64,000 nt of DNA from an uncultured Bdellovibrio sp. (GCA_963932905.1 CAWVRN010000001.1:352001-416000), one strand, 5' to 3'. Positions 49,142 through 60,138 are shown, counted from the stretch's first letter. Numbers and translations are program-made. The notes: generated by a model not told the origin, from the letters alone.

Positions 49142-50233
49142 CTACTGCTTGGAGTCTTGTTTCAAATCCCGCCAAGATTTTCCATCGCGGGCTTTCGGGT
49201 CAAGCTGAGTTTCCTGAACATTTTTATTGTGTTCGGATAATGATTCTGTAAAGCGTGTTGTTCCGTCATTTTGGCTTACGAAAAATAGGAATGGTGTTTG
49301 AGCTGGCTCAATCGCTGCCATTAGAGAGGCGCGGCCAGGATTTGAAATCGGTCCGGGAGGCAAGAAAGCAATGACGTAGGTATTGTATAAATTGTCTTTC
49401 GAAAGCAAATCATTACGAGTGATATTGTTTTCTAGTTTCTTGGATAAAATTGATTTTCCATACAGAGTAGTCGGATCGGTTTGCAACTTCATTTTCTTTT
49501 GGATGCGATTGTGGAAGACCGAGGAAATTAACGGTCTTTCTTTGGTATTTCCCGTTTCCTTTTCGATAATACTAGCAAGCACTAGTATCTGTTCGCTATT
49601 CAGATAGGAAATCTTATTTTGTTTTAGAACATCATCAAATGTTTTGCGAAACATTCTGACTTGCGCACGAATGATGTCTTTCAGTCCCATATACTTAGTG
49701 ACTTGATACGTTTCTGGGTACAAATAACCTTCAAGGCTTAGTATGTCCGGCGATAAAATTAATTTTTCGGCATACAGTTCTTTAATAAATGCTTTATCAA
49801 AAACAAGTTTTAAAAACTCGTCTTTGGTGCCAACTTTATTTTTTTCAACAATTTCAGCGATTTCAAATAAATTGTAACCCTCTGGGACGGTAAAAGGGCG
49901 AAACATGCTTTTGCCAGATACTAGAACATTTAGAATTTCACTTGGGCGCATTTCCGTGTTCAGAGCGTATTCGCCGACTTTGATTTTAGAGCGCAATCCT
50001 ACTAGACGAGCATAGACATTAAAAAATTGAGCATTCTTAATTAAATCTTGGGATTCTAGCTCGTTGGCTATTGTCATGAATGATTTTTGGGGTGTCACTT
50101 CGTAAACGACTTCTTTTTTATCGACTGACGCTTTTGAAAATACAAATGTCCAATACAAATAGCCGCCAAAAAAGACGACCGAAAAAACCAAAGAAAATAG
50201 GCCCAAGAAAAGTACACGTTTAGGTTTGCTCAC
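49142..50233 (-). CDS. mltG: Endolytic transglycosylase MltG
   Basis: TVPEG, LEGYLYPETY, LASIIEKE, LQTDPT, PPGPISNPG. Confidence 0.95.
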   Translation of the reverse strand: MSKPKRVLFLGLFSLVFSVVFFGGYLYWTFVFSKASVDKKEVVYEVTPQKSFMTIANELESQDLIKNAQFFNVYARLVGLRSKIKVGEYALNTEMRPSEILNVLVSGKSMFRPFTVPEGYNLFEIAEIVEKNKVGTKDEFLKLVFDKAFIKELYAEKLILSPDILSLEGYLYPETYQVTKYMGLKDIIRAQVRMFRKTFDDVLKQNKISYLNSEQILVLASIIEKETGNTKERPLISSVFHNRIQKKMKLQTDPTTLYGKSILSKKLENNITRNDLLSKDNLYNTYVIAFLPPGPISNPGRASLMAAIEPAQTPFLFFVSQNDGTTRFTESLSEHNKNVQETQLDPKARDGKSWRDLKQDSKQ

Positions 50234-50255
50234 TTATATCCTTACTTTTATATTT

Positions 50256-51749
50256 CTACTTAACTAAAGTTAAACCAGGTAAATTTTTAGTTTCGTCATA
50301 ATCTGTAAAGTCTTCTAGACTGGCAATCGGAGTTGTACAGTATTGGATTGCATAGTGAGCTGATGGACGATCGTTACCTGATTTCCCCAAACCACCAAAA
50401 GGCAACTTAGAACTGGCACCATTTGTTGTGCGATTCCAATTTAACAAACCTACTTTAGCGTCGATCAAAGCTTGCTGGTATAAAGCTTTATTTTTAGTAA
50501 ACAGGGCCATGACGAGACCGTATCCGGTAGCGTTGACGGTATCGATGGTTTCGTCAAAATCATCAACTGTGTAGATAGCGACGTTAGGACCAAAAATTTC
50601 GCTTTTTTGATAAATAGATTTCGGATCGAATTTTTTAACTAAATGAATAGAGGGCGTAACGTAGTGACCTTTAGTTTTTAAATCTAAAGCTTTACCCCGC
50701 ATCATAGATTCACAATTTTCACGATTCGCAATTTCTTGGAAACGAATATATTTTTCTACCGCGGCTGCGTTGATCAAAGGTCCCATGAAAGGATTTTCTG
50801 ACCAGTGGCCAATCGTAAGTTTTTTTGCTGATTGATAGAATCGTTCAATAAAACTATCGGCGATTTTCTTATGTACGAATATACGGCTGGTTCCAGAACA
50901 ACGCTGACCCGAAGACAAATAAGCGCCAGTCAGTGTTTCGTAAATAGCTTTATCCATATCCGCATCGTCCCACACGACAGTTGAATTTTTGCCGCCCATT
51001 TCAAGCGCTAGAATTTTCCAGTAGTGAGTCATTGTTTCCTGTTTAATTTTTAAACCCACTTCGTAAGATCCGGTAAACAAGATACCGTCTACGTGTTCGT
51101 GTGATACTAAACGACGTCCCGATTCCCCGTCGCCTTGAACCATGTTGAATACGCCCGGGGGGAATTGAGCTTTTTCAAAAAGCTCTGCATATAACTGACC
51201 TACATAGGGAGTTTGCTCAGAGGGTTTGAATACAACTGTATTCCCTGCGTATAAGGCAGGAATGATATGACCGTTAGGCAGATGCGCTGGGAAATTGAAG
51301 GGTCCGATAACAGCCATCACTCCGCGAGATTTGTGGCGTATCACGCCGTCGACGTGTGGCAATGCTTGCGGAATAACTTCTTCTTGGATCAATTTACTTG
51401 AAAAATTAACGGTGATATCGATTTTGCTAACTAAGGCTTTAGCTTCTGTCGTTGAATCCCATAGAGGTTTTCCTGTGTCACGAGCGATAGCTTTGGCAAG
51501 CTCAGCTTCATGAGACATGAATAATTCTTTTAGTCGAAGTAAGTACTCTTTACGAGTTTCAATCGGCGTGTGAGCCCATTTTTTATAGGCCTTATGGGCG
51601 GATTCTACCGCGTGATCTACGTGATCGTGTCTGAAAGGAACCGTCATGACTAAGTCAGATAAGTCGGCAGGTGAAATATCTTTAAATTCACCATCATGTT
51701 TTTCAATTTTGACAAACTTACCGTTGATAAAGTCGCCTTTGTAACTCAT
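50256..51749 (-). CDS. astD: Succinylglutamate-semialdehyde dehydrogenase-like ALDH
   Basis: GPFNFPAHLPNGH, LALEMGG, GQRC, TNGASSKLPFGG.G.SGN.RPSA.YA. Confidence 0.88.
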   Translation of the reverse strand: MSYKGDFINGKFVKIEKHDGEFKDISPADLSDLVMTVPFRHDHVDHAVESAHKAYKKWAHTPIETRKEYLLRLKELFMSHEAELAKAIARDTGKPLWDSTTEAKALVSKIDITVNFSSKLIQEEVIPQALPHVDGVIRHKSRGVMAVIGPFNFPAHLPNGHIIPALYAGNTVVFKPSEQTPYVGQLYAELFEKAQFPPGVFNMVQGDGESGRRLVSHEHVDGILFTGSYEVGLKIKQETMTHYWKILALEMGGKNSTVVWDDADMDKAIYETLTGAYLSSGQRCSGTSRIFVHKKIADSFIERFYQSAKKLTIGHWSENPFMGPLINAAAVEKYIRFQEIANRENCESMMRGKALDLKTKGHYVTPSIHLVKKFDPKSIYQKSEIFGPNVAIYTVDDFDETIDTVNATGYGLVMALFTKNKALYQQALIDAKVGLLNWNRTTNGASSKLPFGGLGKSGNDRPSAHYAIQYCTTPIASLEDFTDYDETKNLPGLTLVK

Positions 51750-51763
51750 CTGGACCTCGTTAA

Positions 51764-52792
51764 TTATTTCTCAAAATCAAAAGGAGCTACAAACACCTCT
51801 TGATCAGTCTCTATCTCTAAAAGATCTCGTACTTTAGACGGAATAGCAATTTCGTCTGCCCTTTGGTCGCAGGCAACTACCATGGCACGAAAATTCGACC
51901 CGGGAGTCCCGATAAATTTACGAGTTTGGAATTTTGGATCTTTGAATTCAGTAATCCGAGCGAACTTACCATTTTTAATAGGAAGGATATCTTTAGTTTT
52001 GCAACCATAATGAGGACCACCATCAAAGGGATCTACTTCATCGAGGTATGTGAAGCCGATGCTTTCAAGTAAATGTTGCGCAGGCTTAGTTGCCTCGCCA
52101 ACACGACCCAGAACTAAACGGGCTTTGGAATCTAGTAAGGCCAAATAGATATCGTCTTCGGGGAATAAGCTTTGGATAAACTCTTTATGGGTTTGGCTTA
52201 AAAGATCAGCCTCTTGGTACGGTAGTCCAGTAAAGCGACGACCAAGAGCTTCCCAAAACTCACTGCGGCCTTCTTCAGTTAGTGGCGGCGTCAGTTCGCA
52301 TAGTACGCGGTCCTGAAAGCGGTCCATATTTAATCCCATAAAAAGAAATCGAGCCAAACTGATTTGTTTACCTAGTTTTTCGGGTCTGCGACGATAGGAC
52401 CTGTCTATCAATAGGCCGCCAATTTCCGTGGGTCCGTCGGTATCTAGTTGAAATCGTAAAACTTGGTGGATAAACCCAGTTCCCAAATCTTCAGAGAAAT
52501 GATTACGTTTTAGGATTTTAAAGAAATAGTGTGGAATTTCGTCGCTACCGTGCTTGGCTAGGATTAATGAACTGCCCATAACTTGCTGTTCTTCAATGTC
52601 TTCAAGTACAAACAAGTATTCGGATTTATGCTTAGGTAATTCGCCTGCAAATGACCGAATACTTGTTTCTACTTTTTGAGTCAGAACTTTTTTGTCGCCG
52701 GGCAGATTCAAAAGATTGAACTGCTTAGCAAGATCAACCAGCTGGTTGATATCTTTGGTGTCGACAGGTCGTACGATAAAACTCATAAACAA
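51764..52792 (-). CDS. astA: Arginine N-succinyltransferase
   Basis: SEFWEALGRRF, EGRS, VDPFDGGP; adjacent to astD. Confidence 0.88.
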   Translation of the reverse strand: MFMSFIVRPVDTKDINQLVDLAKQFNLLNLPGDKKVLTQKVETSIRSFAGELPKHKSEYLFVLEDIEEQQVMGSSLILAKHGSDEIPHYFFKILKRNHFSEDLGTGFIHQVLRFQLDTDGPTEIGGLLIDRSYRRRPEKLGKQISLARFLFMGLNMDRFQDRVLCELTPPLTEEGRSEFWEALGRRFTGLPYQEADLLSQTHKEFIQSLFPEDDIYLALLDSKARLVLGRVGEATKPAQHLLESIGFTYLDEVDPFDGGPHYGCKTKDILPIKNGKFARITEFKDPKFQTRKFIGTPGSNFRAMVVACDQRADEIAIPSKVRDLLEIETDQEVFVAPFDFEK

Positions 52793-54138
52793 AACCTTTC
52801 TATAACTTTTGTATAAAACTGCGTGGCTTTTTCTAAATCTTCCACTAATACGTTTTCATTTGGTGTATGAATATTGTTTTCGCGCAAGCCGGGCCCAAAA
52901 CACAAACAATCGACATTTAGTCTTGAAATCAGACTTGATTCATTCGTCGATGACAATGACGTTAAATTATTTGGCAAATTCATTTCGGACAAAATATCGC
53001 GACAGCCTTTAGCAAAAATAGACGTCTCTGATGAACTAAATGGCTTTTTATAATCTGTAATTCTAAATTGACTTTCATTTTTTACGCATGACTGGCGAAG
53101 GAAGTCCATCCATTTATCAAATGTATCTTGATTGATTGATGGCAAAATACGGCAGCTACCACTCATCAAAATATGATCTTCTAACGTACGAATCAGGCCG
53201 ATATTTAAGGTCGGGTGATTCGGCGAATACGCGTTATCAGTATGATTTTTAAATTCTGACTCCAAAGATTTAATTGCATTGAAAATGTTTTTAATTTTTG
53301 AATTCACCGGGTTGCTTACTGGGGTGAAATCTAACTCTAAAAATGCATGACTAGGGACAGTGTTATAGTTATTTCCCCCATCGATTTCCATAATCGCAAC
53401 GCTTTCGGGAATCATATCTAGGTAATTTAGCATTTTCACAATGGCGCTATCACCTAAGTGTGGGTGGGCAGAATGAGCCGATGTTCCGTGAAAAACTTTA
53501 CTTTGTGTCGAGGTGCTTTCACGCAAGTTGTGTTCGGTGCGATATTGAATTTCATCGCGTGAAAACGGGATGATGATTTCAACACTTACAAAACCTTTGG
53601 CGGCATTCGCAAGGCTCAGATTTGTAGGCTCGCCAATCAGCGCGAATTTTGGATTCACTTTGTTTTTTCGAATTAGTTTTAGACAACCTGTCATTCCTGT
53701 TTCTTCGCCATAAGTGCCAACCAGAACTGGCGGTAATTTAAAATTTGGATTCTTGCTACCGATCGACGCCATAGCTCGAGCCTTACATAAGAAATCTAGT
53801 TTTACATCGGCCGAACCTAAACCATAAATTCTATTATCCACGATTGTAGCATCAAAAGGATTGTTGCCGGTAACGGACCATAAATGAAATGGTCCGGGAT
53901 CCACAGTGTCCAAATGATTCTGTAAAAGCAGTTCCAAGCCAGGTCGTTCAGAATTGTGTCTAACAATAATATTCGCTTCTTCGCCTAATGCCGAAGATTC
54001 TATTTGTTCTTCCACATGAAGTCCAAGTGATCGACAAAACTGCGCTGCAAACTCGACCGCTTTTTTAGAGCCTTGAGTAGGAGTGCTATCTATAGAAATG
54101 AATTCCCGGCAAGCTTGGACAAATTCCATCGATGACAA
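52783..54138 (-). CDS. M20-family metallo-amidohydrolase (ArgE/DapE-like)
   Basis: HLDTV, GLGSADVK, GEE, IGEPT, NIHTPNE. Confidence 0.88.
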   Translation of the reverse strand: MSSMEFVQACREFISIDSTPTQGSKKAVEFAAQFCRSLGLHVEEQIESSALGEEANIIVRHNSERPGLELLLQNHLDTVDPGPFHLWSVTGNNPFDATIVDNRIYGLGSADVKLDFLCKARAMASIGSKNPNFKLPPVLVGTYGEETGMTGCLKLIRKNKVNPKFALIGEPTNLSLANAAKGFVSVEIIIPFSRDEIQYRTEHNLRESTSTQSKVFHGTSAHSAHPHLGDSAIVKMLNYLDMIPESVAIMEIDGGNNYNTVPSHAFLELDFTPVSNPVNSKIKNIFNAIKSLESEFKNHTDNAYSPNHPTLNIGLIRTLEDHILMSGSCRILPSINQDTFDKWMDFLRQSCVKNESQFRITDYKKPFSSSETSIFAKGCRDILSEMNLPNNLTSLSSTNESSLISRLNVDCLCFGPGLRENNIHTPNENVLVEDLEKATQFYTKVIERFCL

Positions 54139-54141
54139 AAG

Positions 54142-55518
54142 TTACACGCCTTCCAATAAGGTTTTTTCGATTACGTTTAACGCAATTTGAATATCTTCGT
54201 CTTTGATACACGCAGGAACTAGGAAACGCGCCCGCACGGGATCTTTGCCGCAAGGGAAACCAATGACACCATTAGCAAATAGTTTTTTCAAGAATACATC
54301 AGCTTGTTCTTTTTTGCCTTCAAATGGAGTGAACGCAAGCATTAGACCCATACCGCTAGCGTCTGAAATTTTGCCTTTGCAGGTCGTGTTACCCATCTTT
54401 TCAAATCCACTGATAAATTTATTATGAATTTGCATAATGCGACCCTCTTTTCCAAGGTAGCCTTCAGTCGTTAACATATCTAGCATTTCCATTCCAGTGT
54501 GCATAGAAACAGTTGATCCCGAAAATGTACCTGCGATCAAACCCGGTTTAGGGTTGTACTCTTCAGTGTAAAGAGTCGCGCCGATTTGCGCCGTTTTCGC
54601 GATCGTTACAAGGTCAACATATTTACCAATATCTAAAGTTTCAAAAGCGAATAATTCACCCGTACGACTGAACGTTTGAACTTCATCCGCCCAAACAGCG
54701 ATGCCATTGGCCTTACAGAATTCTAATAGAGGAACAAAAAATTCACGGTTTGCGGGCATGTAGCCCCCCTCACCTAGCATCGGTTCAAAACCAAATACGC
54801 TGATGTTTTTGCCATGTTTTTCTACGTGTTCTTTTAATGCGCGAAGAGTTTTGTCGCCCGATTGAGGATCTTTTTTATCATAAAATGGGATTCGCAATAC
54901 TTCGTTGTAATCTGGCAAACCTTGTTTGTAAGCCGGGTTGTCAGTGACTTCCGCCATCATTGTTGAACGACCAGCAAATGCATTTTTAAAACCAAGAATC
55001 ATACGTGCCGGGGAATTTTTTTGGCGAGATAATTTTAAGGCATTTTCATTAGCCATTGTTCCGCAGGTTGAAAGCCAAGCGTATTTAAGATTGCTTTTTT
55101 TAGACGCTAGTTCGACCAATTTTTTTGTGAAGTTTACGTACTCTTTGTTCGGCTCTAAATTACCTTGAGTTACGACATCCATGATCGCGCCTTTAAGTGC
55201 CGCTTTGATCACGCGAGGGTGTGAATGGCCGAATAAATGAATTCCAATTCCATTGATCAAGTCTAATTTGATACTGCCGTCTTCTAATTCAACGTAGGGG
55301 CCGCGACCAGCTCCGCTGCCAACATAAGGGTAATGCAAAGGACGACCGCGAAATTGGCCAGCAGTGTCCATCCATTTCTTGCCGTTATCTTGAAATTCAG
55401 GCGACGAAGCTTTGATACCTGATACTTGCTGATTGTTTTTTTCAACTTCTGTAACAAGATCTTGGATAAGTTGATTAATTTTCTGATTAGTATTTAGTTG
55501 TTGTCCGATTAATGGCAT
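54142..55518 (-). CDS. Class III PLP aminotransferase (AstC/ArgD-like)
   Basis: EPMLGEGG, DEVQT..RTG, IAK, GTF. Confidence 0.88.
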   Translation of the reverse strand: MPLIGQQLNTNQKINQLIQDLVTEVEKNNQQVSGIKASSPEFQDNGKKWMDTAGQFRGRPLHYPYVGSGAGRGPYVELEDGSIKLDLINGIGIHLFGHSHPRVIKAALKGAIMDVVTQGNLEPNKEYVNFTKKLVELASKKSNLKYAWLSTCGTMANENALKLSRQKNSPARMILGFKNAFAGRSTMMAEVTDNPAYKQGLPDYNEVLRIPFYDKKDPQSGDKTLRALKEHVEKHGKNISVFGFEPMLGEGGYMPANREFFVPLLEFCKANGIAVWADEVQTFSRTGELFAFETLDIGKYVDLVTIAKTAQIGATLYTEEYNPKPGLIAGTFSGSTVSMHTGMEMLDMLTTEGYLGKEGRIMQIHNKFISGFEKMGNTTCKGKISDASGMGLMLAFTPFEGKKEQADVFLKKLFANGVIGFPCGKDPVRARFLVPACIKDEDIQIALNVIEKTLLEGV

Positions 55519-55661
55519 AAAAAAATCCTTTGGTTACACCGTTTTCCCTGCGGAATTAGTATAAAATGAAATCTAATAAAGTTCACGCTTTTAACACCTG
55601 GGTCAAAGTCGGGCTGGGGAGCTAGTCAACAGTGTGAAAAGCAGATACATTCTTAAATTAA

Positions 55662-56438
55662 ATGAAACTAGTTAGCGTATATAAAACCTATTTTATTGTT
55701 GTTTTACTTTTAACGGCCCTCGGTAGTGGTGCGCAAACGCATTTCGAAAAAGGATTGGCGGCCTATCAGGCGAAAAACTACGCGGAAGCGCAAACCAATT
55801 TAGCGGCGGCTTTAGAAGAAGCTCCAAATAATCTGGCAGTCCTAAACAACATGGCACTGACGCTATTTGAGTTAAATCAAAAGGGAAAAGCTCTCGCCTA
55901 CTGGTTAAAAGCTCTTAAATTAGATCCTGGTTTTGAAGAGGCTCAAAAGGGTGCTACTTTTGTTCGTTCAAAGCTGGCCCCAAACGCGTTTTCGGTGAAA
56001 GACACAGATTTTGAAAGTCTGCGAAAGTCGCTGCTGACGGGGCTTTCATTGAATCTTTTGTTTGGACTAACCGCAATAACTTTTCTTGTCGCGGGTCTTC
56101 AATGGATTCGGCATTTAAGTCAGATTAAAAAAGCCGCACTGGAAGAAGCCGCCGCTCCGCCGGTCACCTTAGTGTCGATCGCATTTAGCACTTTTTTTGT
56201 TCTGTGCACAGTCTTGTTAGGCCTAAAAATGTGGGATCATTTGACCCCGCGTGCAATCGTTACCAAAGAAAAAATTGAACTTAAGATTGCGCCTGGAGCT
56301 GATCAAAGTAAGATTGTTGAGTTGAATGAAGGCACCGAAGTGGAAGTCGGTTTAGTTAAAGATGCCTGGGTTCAAGTGAAAATACCTGGAAATTATTCTG
56401 GTTGGGTTAACAAAGAAGAAATACAAATTATTTTGTAG
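55662..56438 (+). CDS. TPR plus TM plus SH3b protein (BatE-like)
   Basis: N-terminal TPRs, two TM helices, EG.EV...WVQV...GWV. Confidence 0.75.
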   Translation: MKLVSVYKTYFIVVLLLTALGSGAQTHFEKGLAAYQAKNYAEAQTNLAAALEEAPNNLAVLNNMALTLFELNQKGKALAYWLKALKLDPGFEEAQKGATFVRSKLAPNAFSVKDTDFESLRKSLLTGLSLNLLFGLTAITFLVAGLQWIRHLSQIKKAALEEAAAPPVTLVSIAFSTFFVLCTVLLGLKMWDHLTPRAIVTKEKIELKIAPGADQSKIVELNEGTEVEVGLVKDAWVQVKIPGNYSGWVNKEEIQIIL

Positions 56439-56447
56439 AAAGCAAAC

Positions 56448-56939
56448 ATGAGTTTATCGATATTTTGGGAAAACATTTTTAAAAAAGATCGACAAGTTTG
56501 GACTGTCCAAGAGGCACTTAAAAAAAATATCGTTTTTAAAGATTTAGCACCACGAGAAATAAATCAAATTCAAAATATCACCCATTTGCGTAGCTACAAA
56601 GCTTCGGAAGCCATCTTTAAGCAAGGTGAAGTGGGTGTCGGAATGTATATCATTTCTAAAGGATCAGTCGATATTATCTATGATGATAATCGCATCACTA
56701 CCCTGAAAGAGGATGATTTTTTCGGCGAGTTAGCCTTGGTGGAAGAGCGTGGGGAGCGAACAGCAACTGCCGTTGCTAAGGAAGATACGCAGTTGATTGG
56801 ATTTTTTAAGCCGGATTTGATTCAAATCATGAATCAAACACCAGAAATCGGTGTTAAAATACTCTTTCGAATCGGCCAAGTCATTGGTACGCGTTTACAC
56901 GAAACCACAGCTTTGGTGAAAACACAGCAAAGGAATTAG
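56448..56939 (+). CDS. Cyclic nucleotide-binding domain protein
   Basis: IFKQGE.G..MYII..G.V, FGELAL...RTATA. Confidence 0.9.
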   Translation: MSLSIFWENIFKKDRQVWTVQEALKKNIVFKDLAPREINQIQNITHLRSYKASEAIFKQGEVGVGMYIISKGSVDIIYDDNRITTLKEDDFFGELALVEERGERTATAVAKEDTQLIGFFKPDLIQIMNQTPEIGVKILFRIGQVIGTRLHETTALVKTQQRN

Positions 56940-56940
56940 C

Positions 56941-57987
56941 TTGGACATTCTTAATCGAATACGACGAATCAAGCTTTTGTTTTTTTTGGTTTCACTTGTG
57001 TTCTTTTTATTTCTGATTTTTTGGGTAAAAAATTTACTGATTTCGTTGTTCCTGGCTTTAGTTGGATTTTTTCTTTTGAAACCATTTGTAGATTTTCTGG
57101 TGCGGCAGGGTTTGAGTCGATTGGTTTCGACGCTATTTCCATTTTTATTTTTCTCGTTAGTATTATTCGGTTTATCATTGGCAGTTTTTCCAGTTTTGGG
57201 GAACCAGATAGATGCGTTGAAAGCGGAACTTCCAAAATATGTCGAAGGGACGCAGAAGATCCTGCAGTCTTGGGAATCAGGGATTTTTTCTTTTCTGCCG
57301 GCGGATTCAAAGCAACGACTTGGCGTCGAGTTAAGTCAAAAAGTGCAACGATTTGCGCAATCAGTATTCACTGATTTGCCCGAAATATTGTCGAACTCAC
57401 TGACCGTACTATTTTTAGCGCCGTTTTTGTGTTTTTTCATGTTATTGGACGGAAAAGAATTTTATCGCCGCATGATTTCAGCGGTGCCTAATGCGTACTT
57501 TGAACTTTCAATGTATTTGCAACATCAAATCATGGAACAAATGGGTGGTTTTATTCGTGCGCGATTGCTTGAATCTGTAATCGTGGGATTTGTGATTTGG
57601 GTAGGCCTAGGTATCATACAGTTTCCTTATGCATTAATATTGGCAGTTTTTGCGGCACTGATGAATTTAATTCCTTATTTGGGCCCGTTGATCGGCATTG
57701 TACCTGGGGTTTTGATCGCTTTGGTAAATCAAGAAACAAATGCAGTGACATCCTACATCGTATTTATTTATTTGGTGGCTCAGCTTTTGGACGCCTTAAT
57801 CATCGTACCTATGGTGGTCGCCCGTATTGTTAATTTGCACCCAGTTACCGTTGTATTGGTTGTGATGGTGGGTTCGCAGACTATGGGGATTTTAGGGATG
57901 ATTATTTCGATCCCTTTTGCGAGTGCTGTAAAGATTATTTATGCTTCGATTTATCAGCATATTACTGATGGAAAACCCCTAGCCTAA
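56941..57987 (+). CDS. AI-2E family transporter
   Basis: FFMLLDG, NLIPYLGP, LHPV, G..GM...IP. Confidence 0.9.
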   Translation: MDILNRIRRIKLLFFLVSLVFFLFLIFWVKNLLISLFLALVGFFLLKPFVDFLVRQGLSRLVSTLFPFLFFSLVLFGLSLAVFPVLGNQIDALKAELPKYVEGTQKILQSWESGIFSFLPADSKQRLGVELSQKVQRFAQSVFTDLPEILSNSLTVLFLAPFLCFFMLLDGKEFYRRMISAVPNAYFELSMYLQHQIMEQMGGFIRARLLESVIVGFVIWVGLGIIQFPYALILAVFAALMNLIPYLGPLIGIVPGVLIALVNQETNAVTSYIVFIYLVAQLLDALIIVPMVVARIVNLHPVTVVLVVMVGSQTMGILGMIISIPFASAVKIIYASIYQHITDGKPLA

Positions 57988-58031
57988 AAACCAGCTTGAC
58001 AGAAAATAGACCCCCCTAATAAATTCACTTT

Positions 58032-58823
58032 ATGCTACGCAAAATACTTTCCATTGCCCAAAAAGTCGCTTTATCAATAATTCCCATTTTTGCAGTAATT
58101 CTGATGGCTTCGTGCGCTTCAGATGAAAAGAAAACAGATTCGGCTGAGTCTACTTTTGCCGTCGCTCAAGAATACGAAAAAGATGAACGTTTCGAAGAAG
58201 CCATCAAAAAATATTCAGATGTAAAAAACAAATATCCATACTCTCAATTTGCAACAAAAGCAGAACTGGCGATTGCGGATGTTTATTATAAACAAGAATC
58301 TTACGGTGAAGCTCAAATTAATTATCAAACGTTCCGTGAACTACACCCAACTCATCCACAAATTGACTATGTAATTTTCCGCACGGGATTAAGTTTTTAT
58401 CAGCAATTACCAGAAACGATCGATCGTGATTTATCTCTAGCAAACGACGCTATTACCGCGTTTGACGAAGTGATGAAGCGTTTTCCAAAATCAGAATTTG
58501 TAAATGAAGCGAAAGAGAAAAAAGAAACATCTCTTAAAAAACTGGCTGAAAAAGAAGATTACGTTGGTGATTTCTATTTCAAACGTAAAATTTATGATAG
58601 CGCTTTACTACGGTACGAATTTCTTGTGGCCAACTACCCTAAGTTAGGACTTGATGAGCGTGCATTAGCGCGTGCCTATTTTTCAGCGGTCAAAGTGAAG
58701 GATCGTGTTAAGACTAAGAAGTATCGTGATATGTTAAAAACACAATTCCCGGACTCTAAAGAATTAACGGCGTTAAAAGACGCAGAAAAAGAAGCTGGCG
58801 AGACAGACAGGGTGCAGGACTAG
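58032..58823 (+). CDS. bamD: Outer membrane assembly lipoprotein BamD
   Basis: Lipobox MASC, YPYS, HPTHP..DY, DRD, FPKSEF. Confidence 0.9.
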   Translation: MLRKILSIAQKVALSIIPIFAVILMASCASDEKKTDSAESTFAVAQEYEKDERFEEAIKKYSDVKNKYPYSQFATKAELAIADVYYKQESYGEAQINYQTFRELHPTHPQIDYVIFRTGLSFYQQLPETIDRDLSLANDAITAFDEVMKRFPKSEFVNEAKEKKETSLKKLAEKEDYVGDFYFKRKIYDSALLRYEFLVANYPKLGLDERALARAYFSAVKVKDRVKTKKYRDMLKTQFPDSKELTALKDAEKEAGETDRVQD

Positions 58824-58825
58824 TT

Positions 58826-59554
58826 GTGATGGAATACTCGACAGAAGCTCTTTTCCAAGAAGCAAAACAAAATTTTATCGATGGTAATTACAAGATGGCG
58901 GAAACGATGCTGGCGCAGCTTTTGACTAAACCGCAACGTAATCCTGAAATTCATCAAATGCTGGGCACAATCTATTACGATCAAGGTAAATTCAACAAAG
59001 CGATTAAATCATTCCAACGAGCTTTAGAATTAGACCCTACTTACACCGACGCCAGCGTTGGTTTATCTATCATTCTGAACGATATCGGTCGCTATGATGA
59101 AGGTAAAAAAGTATTTAATGATGCTAAGAAATTATTAGAACTTAGATCCAATCGTCCTGATCCGTACATTGACGAAAAAATCGCGAACAAACATGAAGAG
59201 CTTGCGGATTTATATTCGCAGTACAAAAAATTCCCAGAGGCTTTGGAGCAATTATTAAAAGCTCAAAAACTGTCTTCACGTCGGGCCGAAATCACGATGA
59301 GAATGGCGGAAGTATACGTTCAAATGGGTAATGCTGATCGCGCGATCAAAGATCTTAAAAATCTAGTGATTGAATACCCGCAATTTATTCCTGCTAAAAA
59401 TAAACTGGGCGTGATTCTATATAATGAGGGTCGCACTCGTGAAGCCGCGGACCAATGGGAAAGCGTTTTGATGAGAGATCCTCAGAACCCAGAAGCTATT
59501 AGATATTTAAAACAAATCGGCGCCTTAAGGGGCTCTAGCCACCCAAACTTGTGA
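58826..59554 (+). CDS. TPR protein
   Basis: Multiple TPR motifs. Confidence 0.85.
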   Translation: MMEYSTEALFQEAKQNFIDGNYKMAETMLAQLLTKPQRNPEIHQMLGTIYYDQGKFNKAIKSFQRALELDPTYTDASVGLSIILNDIGRYDEGKKVFNDAKKLLELRSNRPDPYIDEKIANKHEELADLYSQYKKFPEALEQLLKAQKLSSRRAEITMRMAEVYVQMGNADRAIKDLKNLVIEYPQFIPAKNKLGVILYNEGRTREAADQWESVLMRDPQNPEAIRYLKQIGALRGSSHPNL

Positions 59555-59555
59555 G

Positions 59556-60080
59556 ATGACTATGAAACTGAATAAAGATGACATGATTCCATTTCTAACT
59601 GCGAAAGAGATCGACGAGATCATCACGAAGTTAGCGAATAAAATTCAAGACGAATACTACGGCAAAGAATTGGTGATGATTTGCCCGCTTAAAGGTTCAG
59701 TTCATTTCATGGCTGACTTAATGAGAAAATTAGAATTAAAAATGACAGTAGATTTTGTTTATCTGACATCATCAGGTAAAGGATCTGTTGTAAAAATTCA
59801 AAAAGATATTTCTGAAAACATCGTGAATAAACACGTTCTGGTTGTAGAAGAAATTATCGATTCAGGTCGTAAACTTAGCTTCTTAAAAAATCGTTTGTTG
59901 AATGCAAACCCTGCGACTTTAAAAATCGCTTGTTTATTAGATAAACCAGCACGCAGAGAATTGCCAATCAAGCCAGATTTCGTAGGTAAAGTAATTGATG
60001 ATCGTTACGTAGTTGGTTACGGAATGGATCAAGAAGAATTAGGTAGAAATTATTCTACTATTTATCACTTCAAAAACTAA
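59556..60080 (+). CDS. hpt: Hypoxanthine phosphoribosyltransferase
   Basis: LKGS..FMADL, VLVVEEIIDSG, LLDKP.RR, VVGYGMD. Confidence 0.9.
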   Translation: MTMKLNKDDMIPFLTAKEIDEIITKLANKIQDEYYGKELVMICPLKGSVHFMADLMRKLELKMTVDFVYLTSSGKGSVVKIQKDISENIVNKHVLVVEEIIDSGRKLSFLKNRLLNANPATLKIACLLDKPARRELPIKPDFVGKVIDDRYVVGYGMDQEELGRNYSTIYHFKN

Positions 60081-60107
60081 AAATAGTATATAATTATTTT
60101 TTACTTT

Positions 60108-60138
60108 AAAAAGCCTCGGATAACACCGGGGCTTTTTT
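60108..60138 (+). terminator. Intrinsic terminator after hpt
   Basis: AAAAAGCCTCGG-ataaca-CCGGGGCTTTTTT. Confidence 0.85.
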
